Virus record (IMG/VR): IMGVR_UViG_3300028146_000011 | Span: 1 to 63,198 of that record | Strand: one strand, 5' to 3' | Length of the DNA: 63,198 nucleotides | DNA from: a virus | Taxonomy: Duplodnaviria; Caudoviricetes | In this document: positions 48,404 to 56,581 of the stretch, piece by piece | How positions within the stretch are numbered: position 1 is the stretch's first letter | How the letters are laid out: each line of letters opens with the position of its first letter | Position numbers and translations under genes: made by a program | Notes under the pieces: generated by a model | What the model was told of the DNA's origin: nothing | Database searches by the model: none | What the model saw: only the letters and a program-made list of their open reading frames with translations

Positions 48404-48575
48404 ACTGTAATTATTACAGATAAACAAAAAGCCAGCCATAGACACGAAACCCCGGCCACATGACGCGGTAAACGTGTGTAGCCGGGGTTCCGTGGGTTGA
48501 TGCCCAAGGAGTGAACATCTCTACGCTACTACGTCATCTCCTTATTGGCAAGTGTAATCATTACACACACCTCCA

Positions 48576-49076
48576 TTACTGCGGAGTGGGTGTACCGAAC
48601 GTGAACACGATTGAGGCAGCAACCGGAGGAGGCGGCGGCGGTGCAGCAGTGGTGACGATAGTTGCTACACCCTGAACCTTCTCCGTCGTGCTGCCGTCCG
48701 GCTCTGTCGCAATTGCTACCTCTGTTAGAGTCGCTGTACCAACTCCAACGCCAGTGATGATCGCGCCGCCCGGTACATTCGGGTCAGCCGCGACAGTAAA
48801 GATAGTGTTGTCGGATGAGGTGTACTGTTGACCTGACAGCTTGGCCGCACTCGGGATTGGTAACCCGTCTGGACCCAACTGTGCTGTCACAGCATTACCA
48901 ACTACCGACGCCTTCTCTGTTGAAAGCATTGTGAACTGCATGAAGTCTCCTGATATTTGGTTTTGGTTTACTGAAAACGTGAACCGTAGTCGGTGAGCAC
49001 GGTGATGATGCCGCCACTCACGCTCCCATAGTTCATGAAAGAGTTTGTCAATGTCGTGGAGTGTTAGTCGCTCCAT
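48576..49076 (-). CDS. Ig-like (Big_2-type) domain protein
   Basis: YTSSD..IFTV......ITGVGVGTATLT; second RBS/start at 48941. Confidence 0.55.
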   Translation of the reverse strand: MERLTLHDIDKLFHELWEREWRHHHRAHRLRFTFSVNQNQISGDFMQFTMLSTEKASVVGNAVTAQLGPDGLPIPSAAKLSGQQYTSSDNTIFTVAADPNVPGGAIITGVGVGTATLTEVAIATEPDGSTTEKVQGVATIVTTAAPPPPPPVAASIVFTFGTPTPQ

Positions 49077-49100
49077 ACCACCTCCAGGGTACCACAAGTA

Positions 49101-49406
49101 CTAAGTGGTGCCCGACTTCTTAGCAGCGAGTGTAATCGTTACAGTCGCCCCGTCTAACCTATCCAACAGGACAGAGAGTTGGGGCACTAAGTTAGCTACC
49201 ACTTCTCGTAGCTTATCCACTTCAGTGAGTAGAGGCTGCTCAGCCTGTTGAATAGATGTGAGTGCGTCTGCAATCACCCTAGATAGAACAGGAGTGAGTT
49301 GTGTAATAAGGTGGTCCTCAAGCTGAATACCAGCAGACTGCGCCTGTACCAAGCCGTCAGACACTACCTTATTAAGATCCAAGCCAGCGACACTCAGCAG
49401 ACTCAT
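49101..49406 (-). CDS. Hypothetical helical protein
   Basis: ATGA-coupled to the upstream gene. Confidence 0.55.
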   Translation of the reverse strand: MSLLSVAGLDLNKVVSDGLVQAQSAGIQLEDHLITQLTPVLSRVIADALTSIQQAEQPLLTEVDKLREVVANLVPQLSVLLDRLDGATVTITLAAKKSGTT

Positions 49407-49918
49407 GACACCTTCACCCCAGGCACAGTCAGAAGCAGACCGTATAGCTTGGCCAGCTTGTTGTCGATCCCATCGAGTCTCGCCGCCAGTGCCGGATCAA
49501 GTGGAGACTGAGTGCGATTCGGATTGTCTGGACCAAGGCCGCCCTGAGTCGGCAATACGTTAGGAGCGGGTTGAAGCGTCAGTAGTGTGCCTGCTGGGAA
49601 GTTGGCGGTGTGTATTGGAAGCACTGGGTCGTCTGGCCACACCTGCATCTGAGGCAGAGGCGGTAAGCTGCTCACAGCATCCGCGATTGGCTTACCGTTG
49701 AACTGTGGCTCACCAGCGTCGATGGCACGCTGTACTGACGAGACGTAGCCGTTGTACTCGCTTACGGCTTTGAGATTGGTTGCGTTGCCGTCTGCCTGCT
49801 CACTGATCCTACGTGATGCAGCGGCGTACTTCTTTGAATCATCAAAGATGCTGAGTGCTACCTGCTTACCAGAGGCATCAATGTACCTGATAGTTCCATC
49901 TGGAGACTCTGTAATCAT
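49403..49918 (-). CDS. Hypothetical protein, first gene of the late operon
   Basis: GAGG RBS just after the palindrome at 49936. Confidence 0.6.
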   Translation of the reverse strand: MITESPDGTIRYIDASGKQVALSIFDDSKKYAAASRRISEQADGNATNLKAVSEYNGYVSSVQRAIDAGEPQFNGKPIADAVSSLPPLPQMQVWPDDPVLPIHTANFPAGTLLTLQPAPNVLPTQGGLGPDNPNRTQSPLDPALAARLDGIDNKLAKLYGLLLTVPGVKVS

Positions 49919-50077
49919 GTGTCCTCTCTTCTGAGTGTAATCATTACACCCAAGAACAGAGTATCACGACTGCCCCTTCTTATATGGTCGCTACATACTA
50001 CCATCTATATATGACACGCTTCGCGCGTCACACATATCTGGTGTACGTAGCTCCCATCCGCTCAGCTTTTGGACAAT

Positions 50078-50111
50078 AAAAAAGGCCAGTCGCCGCGTAG
50101 ACGAACTGGCC
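50078..50111 (-). terminator. Rho-independent terminator
   Basis: GGCCAGT...ACTGGCC stem followed by TTTTTT on the minus strand. Confidence 0.65.
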
Positions 50112-50219
50112 AATCTCTCCTGTAGGAAGACTACTGAACCGCCCCCCTTATCGGTATCTGCTGCCTCGCCAGTGGCTCGGCAGCATCTACCTACCCCAAA
50201 TAAGGAAGGGATGTCTTAT

Positions 50220-50249
50220 ACTTTAATGCTTGTCAAGTGGGTTTGTCAA
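50220..50249 (-). promoter_or_regulatory. Candidate promoter TTGACA-18-TAAAGT
   Basis: AT-rich upstream tract; second TTGACA nested at 50231. Confidence 0.45.
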
Positions 50250-51457
50250 TAGTTTTACAATCTTTTTTTATCCTTATTTTTACAGCTATTTTTGACTGTA
50301 TCTAAATGTAATTATTACACTTGGTAGTCTGCGCACATAGTGTATTTTGCTCAGCTATAAATGTAGTTACAAAAAGCTGTGTTATACTCTCTGCCGAGGT
50401 GACCCATGTGTATGACGATGACCCTATGCCACCGTTGCGGTCGCCCCGTAAACGGTAATTTGGACATGTGTGTTCTATGTGGTGCATCACTCGGTGAAGT
50501 GTATAGCCAACTTTTTGTAGTGCGCCAGTCTAACCCGCCTACTCATAGACCACTCACTCCTCAACATAGCCCCGAGCCGAGCGTACTAGGGGCCGCGAAG
50601 CGGACCCGTACGCGAGGCGAGGGGGAAATATTAACACACCACAATATAACTATGCGTGTGTCGGCTTAGTTGAACGTGTTCAGAGTGTAATGATTACACT
50701 ACACCCCATGTTGCAACTGTCTAATAAAGGGCTAACTGATGCAGCGGTACGCTCTGCCTGTCAAGATATCGAGCAAGCTGAGCAAGAATCTAAGAACTAC
50801 GCACTTTACTATGTGCAGACGTTTGAGAAACCTTGTTTGCTTGGCCCTTTTAACTGGGGGTATGGTAGTCCAGATCTACCTGAAGACGATTATTAGTTAG
50901 TTTTACAACTGTCCACTTTCATTTTTTATTCAGCTGTACTCACCCGGCGCCTCTCCCCCGCACATCCCCCCACCCACCCCTTAAACAATGGATTCAATCA
51001 ATCGTTTGAAAGTGTAATGATTACACTGCGCCTCGCATGGCAGGCAGGCTAGACGGTGACACGCCGGACTGCCTGACAGACCATCCCAATCTGGCCAGCC
51101 TATGCCGTCATACGCTCGCGTAGCGAGCGGATGGCGAGCATACACTACGTAGTAGTGTATGCGAGCAGGCATATAAGAACGGTCGCAGCGAATGAATGGC
51201 GAACAAATCGAGTCAGGATCTTGCAGACTCATTGCAGAGTTGTTGCAGCAAGCGGTTGCACACAGGTTGATAGCCATTCTCACGACAGGCAGGTGGACAT
51301 ATCACGGCATACCCTACCGATCGGACGCAGTACAGCGCGTCTACGTGCGATTGCGGGCATGTTTCGTGCTGCGCCTGACTGGTAACTGGCCAGCAAACGT
51401 GGCGCACACGAATTTACATGCTGTTCGCGTAGTGTTCTCCAGTGTAATAATTACAGT

Positions 51458-51655
51458 ATGCCACTTGGCCAACGTGACGATGACTGGCGCTGTCCCGCAT
51501 GCTACAGACGCGGTGTGACACGCTACTTCCGTGCAAAGCTCAACCGCTGCCCGGTGTGTGGCGACATCCCCCGCAATCGTCGCACTCGCAAAATGCTGAG
51601 GGAGAGACACGGCCAAACGTTCATCATGCGCCACCTCAAAAAGTACGATCAGTAG
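51458..51655 (+). CDS. Small Zn-finger protein
   Basis: WRCPAC...RCPVCG; ATG 2 nt after the palindrome. Confidence 0.5.
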   Translation: MPLGQRDDDWRCPACYRRGVTRYFRAKLNRCPVCGDIPRNRRTRKMLRERHGQTFIMRHLKKYDQ

Positions 51656-52355
51656 ACCTATTGTATATAGGGCTTTGGGTGGTGGTGGTTATCGTCCATG
51701 TGTGGTGGATATAAACCAGGGTACATTTCCCTTTATTCTCAACAGTTTAGATAAGCACAAACTAAACGTGTCAGGTGTATACCCTGGTTGAAAACCACCA
51801 AACTGTAATCATTACAGTGAGGCAAAGTGAAGCAAACAAAGACTAGTTGAGATGTTGCCTATTTGGCAACGATATTGCTCTATATGTCCCCGTAGTCAGA
51901 TAGAGCGGTACCTAAACGGTAGGTTGAGCGTAGCGGGTAGTACCCCGTAGCGTGGTGTGATGAGCATCACGTGGGAATCGGGGAATACGCCTTGCCGGAC
52001 CTACCCTTGAATGCGTCTGAATCACTCGTGATGGACGCAGGGGAGTATCTATCTGTGTGGTGCACGTCTTAACTGACACTATGCACTGCTCCAAGTCTGT
52101 ATAACAGACGAACACGCGATAGGCTGGATAGGCCAACACGAGCTAACAAATGTCGTTTGTGCCTCAGTAGTAACAGCTAATAGACGGGTGTCCCCCATCG
52201 AAAGCGTAAGTAGACGGAAAACAGACTATATTGACAGTCCCCACTACACGGATGGTAGATCGGCTAGTATGGCCGAAATTACATATGGATTCGCTCACTT
52301 ACTCTTGGAAAGTGGGCAGGTACAGTGCTTATGCTGTCTGTGAGGTACTCAAACG

Positions 52356-52604
52356 ATGGCCAAACAGAGGCGTTACACCTACTCCGTGTCCGGTTTCGGA
52401 CTGTTCCCGTTCGACATGCTACGCTATGACTCCTGCCACCCCGCACACGAAAGCGAAACCCCACTGATGGGGTATTGCAGAGTGTGTGACGGTAAGGAGA
52501 CGATACCGCGTATGATCCACCTACGCTCCAATCAACCACCTACACCTGAACGGTGGAAGTCTTTTGGCTGGGTAGTTCGAGACACCACGGAGAGTGCGGT
52601 ATGA
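52356..52604 (+). CDS. Phage hypothetical protein (FPFDMLRYD.C.P...PT.ERW.SFGW type)
   Basis: GAGGT RBS; recurrent phage motif. Confidence 0.65.
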   Translation: MAKQRRYTYSVSGFGLFPFDMLRYDSCHPAHESETPLMGYCRVCDGKETIPRMIHLRSNQPPTPERWKSFGWVVRDTTESAV

Positions 52605-52970
52605 GTACCGCACAGACAGCATAAGCTAACGTAGACGCTGCTCGGCACACTCCCAACGATAGCCCAAGGGCTTAGGGTATGACGTGTCTTAGCGGTGCAA
52701 TTCCGCGTATGTGGCTAATACGTACTGTACTGAGTAATTCAGCCTATCCCCTGCCTTGTGTAGAGATACATGGAGCAGGGGAATGGCTATCGTGAAACTC
52801 TACATGTACAAGCTGGGCGAACTAACCGGCGTCGAATTGAGTAGCCTGTCAGAAGGCTATGATGCCGCTGAGGACGCCTGCAAGCGTATTGCGAGTTTGA
52901 GCTTGGACACAACAAGCGCGGTGTGAGATTCCACCTAGGAGCAGTTATGCTGCTCCGAATGGAGGTTCAC

Positions 52971-53183
52971 ATGACTCTGATTGATGACGATGTATGGATG
53001 ACGAAACAGAGAATCGCGTCCGTGCTGGTATCGCGGCCATCAAGGGATACGCAGTCTGCAACGATCAGGGTGACGATGAGGAGTTCAGCCGTAGAAGGTG
53101 TGACATCTGTGGGTCTCATCTCGCAGGGTCACGGCATCACATGGCGATACTCGGGGATTGAGGCTCTTTACACTGCTCTGTGA
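52971..53183 (+). CDS. Hypothetical early protein
   Basis: GGAGGT RBS in a hairpin. Confidence 0.5.
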   Translation: MTLIDDDVWMTKQRIASVLVSRPSRDTQSATIRVTMRSSAVEGVTSVGLISQGHGITWRYSGIEALYTAL

Positions 53184-53210
53184 CAGAGGGCAGTAATGGA
53201 GGTTCACCCT

Positions 53211-53441
53211 ATGACCAAAAAGCATTTCATTGCAATGGCTGATGCTATGCGGGAAGCATCCCGTAAGGTGTGGCAATTGCATCGTGATGGCGTGCTGACT
53301 GAAGAGCAAGCGGCTCTTGTGGTCACCTGCTATGAGACTGAGTTAGCCGACTTCTGCAAACAGGAGAACGGCGCATTCAATCGGCACCGCTGGATGGGCT
53401 ACATTCACGGTGAGTGCGGACCGAATGGAGGTGCTATCTGA
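53211..53441 (+). CDS. Hypothetical early protein (MTKKHFIAMAD...LADF....N..FN..R type)
   Basis: GGAGGT RBS; recurrent phage motif. Confidence 0.65.
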   Translation: MTKKHFIAMADAMREASRKVWQLHRDGVLTEEQAALVVTCYETELADFCKQENGAFNRHRWMGYIHGECGPNGGAI

Positions 53442-53631
53442 AGAGACAGCATCCCTACTCGCCCAAATGCAGGTGCCACCGCTGCCAAGCTGTGAAGCGC
53501 CTGCTAACTCCTGTGTCTAAGCTCATGCGTCAGATGCGTGGGCTTCAGATCATGCTGTCTGTGCGCAGAACGCCGCTGTTCAAGTAGTCTGACATATCCC
53601 GCTCGTGACAGGAGCGGGTGGTGAGGTGACT

Positions 53632-54102
53632 ATGAAACACTACAAAGGCTTCCGTGATCTAGAGAAGCACGGAATAGACGCACTGACAGGTGAAGCGTGC
53701 GGATACGGCTATCGTATCCTCTGCGATCTAACAGAGCGCGGCCTGAAGCTGGTGGCCGAATGCTTTGGTATGGACGCAGAACTGATGCGGGTTGCACTGC
53801 CGTCCAACTGGAATAGCAAGGGTGTGCGTAGCATCATGCTCGCACCTCAGATGCTCATTCCACTTGCAGTCTTCGCGTGCTTCGAGTCCAACTGTTCTAA
53901 GGTCTACATCATGTACGACGACTCTGTGGTCGGTATTGAGACAACCGACAAGCCAGAGGATGTAGAGATGTGGCTCAGTTGGAATCAGGGCAAGTACTGT
54001 GAAGAGTGCAGACGTTACGGTGCTGGCGGCGGCGTCTGTTTCCAGTACACCAACACCCACACATCCCGCAACATGCACCAGATGAGTGGGCGCACAACGT
54101 AG
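53632..54102 (+). CDS. Hypothetical early protein
   Basis: GAGGTG RBS; LTGEAC.Y.R.LCDL and RN.HQMSGR motifs. Confidence 0.65.
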   Translation: MKHYKGFRDLEKHGIDALTGEACGYGYRILCDLTERGLKLVAECFGMDAELMRVALPSNWNSKGVRSIMLAPQMLIPLAVFACFESNCSKVYIMYDDSVVGIETTDKPEDVEMWLSWNQGKYCEECRRYGAGGGVCFQYTNTHTSRNMHQMSGRTT

Positions 54103-54147
54103 TCTGACATACCCGTCCCTGTGACAGAGGGGCGGCATGAGGTGACT

Positions 54148-54345
54148 ATGTTCATTATTAAAGAGGGTTGGGGCTATTGGGATGTTACACGCTTGTCTAC
54201 TGGTGTGTTCCATCGCGCAACAAAGGATATCCCAGTAGACATCATTGCGTATCTGTCTCCCACGGAGTCAAAGGTGCGCATTCATGGCACAGGTGAGATA
54301 TGCCGCGTATCTAAGCGGTCACTTGCCGAGGTGCCGGAGAAGTAG
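54148..54345 (+). CDS. Hypothetical early protein
   Basis: GAGGTG RBS. Confidence 0.55.
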   Translation: MFIIKEGWGYWDVTRLSTGVFHRATKDIPVDIIAYLSPTESKVRIHGTGEICRVSKRSLAEVPEK

Positions 54346-54471
54346 GGCAGCCGGTGTGCTGCCTGAACTGCACTTGCTCTGCTACTGCCAGAGGGTGAAC
54401 TGGTACAGGCGGATGTTAGTGCAGTTCAGCCAGCATACCTGTAATGATTACACATGCTGAAGAGGAGTAAA

Positions 54472-54582
54472 ATGACTGCTTATGCTGCTGCTGATGCTGC
54501 TTATGCTGATGCTGCACGCGACAAAGCTCAATCTCAGATGTGCGATATTATTCGCAGTCTGATTCAGTTTCCCGGTATTTAG
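54472..54582 (+). pseudogene. 36-aa remnant of an AAYAAADAA-repeat protein
   Basis: MTAYAAADAAYADAARDKAQSQMCDIIRSLI; GAGGAG RBS. Confidence 0.35.
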
Positions 54583-54674
54583 GGTGCTCTAACGGTCCTC
54601 TGCCTACACGGTGGAGCGCCGCCAGTGCATCAAGTGTAGTCATTACAGATGTTGCATTGGAGAATCGAGCAACT

Positions 54675-55835
54675 ATGAGAAGTAAAACGAACCTGATGGC
54701 GGCGTCCCGGCAGTGGGCCGAACGTCCGGCAGATCAACGGTTTTGGACCCTGCAAGACTTGCTTGACAGGACAAAGCTGTATGCAGAGCAATGCGTTATT
54801 AAACCCGTCGCACTTGGCGAGTGCAGCGTCATCCCAAATGGCGATGACTTGCGGCTTGTTGGGCCGGAGGGTCATAGCGCAGAGTTCATGCACTACAGTT
54901 TTGGTCAGGTCGCAGGTCTGGCGCAGGCCCCAGCGTCCTACCTTCGTGCGCTCCCCGCGCCTCTGGCATCCCAATGCCTGAATCACGGGCTGGCTCATGT
55001 TGGCGGCGAACAATCGTTGATGTTCCACAAGAATGGAGGGTTACACCTCCGCTGTGTCACGAGTGACAAGTACGCACGCATCTGGAACTGGGAGGTAGCC
55101 GAACTTGCGCTAGCTCTCCAGGAACAAGAAGGCTGGCGTACACCTCCTGCACGTCCTTGTGGACTGCCCAACATCGAAGTCCGTACGGCGACTAAAGAGG
55201 ATGTACTGCGCAATTCGGCGCACCCTAGCATGGGGATCAAGGTGGGTGACTCCATCTCCCCTGCCGGGCTGTATGCGTCGGATCACGACTTGTTCATCTT
55301 CCAGGTCAATGAGGACTATCCGGTTGAAGCTGGGGACGGCGAGACATTGTACCGTGGCGTATTCTGGCGCAACTCAGAAGTGGGTGAGTGCAAATGGCGC
55401 GGTACCTTCTTCCTCTATGACTCGGTGTGCGGAAATCACATCGTCTGGGGGGCGAAGGTGCTGGCTGAGATTGCTATCACTCACACGGGTAGCGCACGGG
55501 AGCGCTTTGCGGAAGCAATGGCAAGCTGTCATGCCTACATCAGCCACGCGGCCAGCGATGACGAGAAGCGTATCGAAGTCGCTAAGGGGACCATACTGGG
55601 CAGCACCCAGGTTGAAGTCGTTGAAACGGTGTTCAAGAAGCAGTTTGGCTTGAGCAAACGTGAATGCGAGGACAGCTATGTGCTGGCAGTGCGGCACGCT
55701 GACGACCACGGTAACAATCCTCATTCAGCATGGGGATACGCGGCGGGTGTCACTCGGCTCTCACAAGGCCGATACACTGACGAGCGTGACCGGATGGACC
55801 GAGCAGCGGGCAAGATACTCAGCTTGGCCCTGTAA
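54675..55835 (+). CDS. DUF932-like plasmid/phage protein
   Basis: SRQWAERPADQRF, LYASD.D.F.F, RG.F..NSEVG, VC.NH.VWG. Confidence 0.7.
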   Translation: MRSKTNLMAASRQWAERPADQRFWTLQDLLDRTKLYAEQCVIKPVALGECSVIPNGDDLRLVGPEGHSAEFMHYSFGQVAGLAQAPASYLRALPAPLASQCLNHGLAHVGGEQSLMFHKNGGLHLRCVTSDKYARIWNWEVAELALALQEQEGWRTPPARPCGLPNIEVRTATKEDVLRNSAHPSMGIKVGDSISPAGLYASDHDLFIFQVNEDYPVEAGDGETLYRGVFWRNSEVGECKWRGTFFLYDSVCGNHIVWGAKVLAEIAITHTGSARERFAEAMASCHAYISHAASDDEKRIEVAKGTILGSTQVEVVETVFKKQFGLSKRECEDSYVLAVRHADDHGNNPHSAWGYAAGVTRLSQGRYTDERDRMDRAAGKILSLAL

Positions 55836-55957
55836 GCGAGCGTAGCGAAGCGGATACGAGACATACAGCGCGAAGCGCTGGATGTTGAGTATACGCGAGC
55901 GTCTACCGCTTCCACATAGGAGCCGTGGTCAATACGCGGCTCCGAATGGAGGTGCCC

Positions 55958-56221
55958 ATGAGTGTAATCATTACAGTGGACCGGGATGGTAACCCAGTCA
56001 GCCGTGAGGACACCATACGAATGATGGAGGAAGCAGAGCATCATGCAGATGAGCGCTGCCCGTCCTGTCATCACTTATGGGAAGATCACGTAGAGGATAC
56101 AGACGACGGCGAGAGCTACTGTGTCGGTAACCTACGTGAGAACTCAACCCAGTTACCAACAATCGGATATGCACCGCTGTGTGTTTGTAGGCAGCGCTAT
56201 AGTGTCACAGATCAAATGTGA
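55958..56221 (+). CDS. Small Cys/His protein
   Basis: CPSCHH...H...C...C.C; GGAGGT RBS. Confidence 0.55.
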   Translation: MSVIITVDRDGNPVSREDTIRMMEEAEHHADERCPSCHHLWEDHVEDTDDGESYCVGNLRENSTQLPTIGYAPLCVCRQRYSVTDQM

Positions 56222-56497
56222 ATACACTACGCTGTCGAAGCAGGTGGGCTGGATTCAGGATGCTGTAAGCATCCTTCCAGACCATTATACACATTTAAGT
56301 CAAGTGAAATCAACGACTTAGATGGGTTCTTTACAATTCTTTACAATCTGGGGTGGTCCTAGACGTTGGTAGGGGTGTCCGATCGCGGTGTAATGACCCC
56401 GTAATAGGCCAAAAAAACACCCATTTCTGACCCATTTCGGCCCGATGTAATCATTACAGTCGGTCCAAACATTAAGGCTTTGTTAATCCGATTTCCC

Positions 56498-56526
56498 TTG
56501 CGTTCAGACGTAAGCGGGCTTAGTCT
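56498..56526 (+). promoter_or_regulatory. Promoter TTGCGT-17-TAGTCT for the ParB-like gene
   Basis: Spacing and position. Confidence 0.55.
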
Positions 56527-56581
56527 GGAATGGCGAGGGTCACGCATTATGACCCGCACAACACAGAGAGGAACATAACGT

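Noticed and set aside
49936-51816. Evenly spaced palindromes as a CRISPR array
   Set aside because: The repeat is only 13 bp, the spacers are 300-400 bp, and there is no cas operon; the PD-(D/E)XK nuclease sits in a recombination context
52608-52714. Canonical tRNA gene
   Set aside because: No TTC T-loop, no 7-nt anticodon loop and a weak acceptor stem; kept only as a tRNA-like finding
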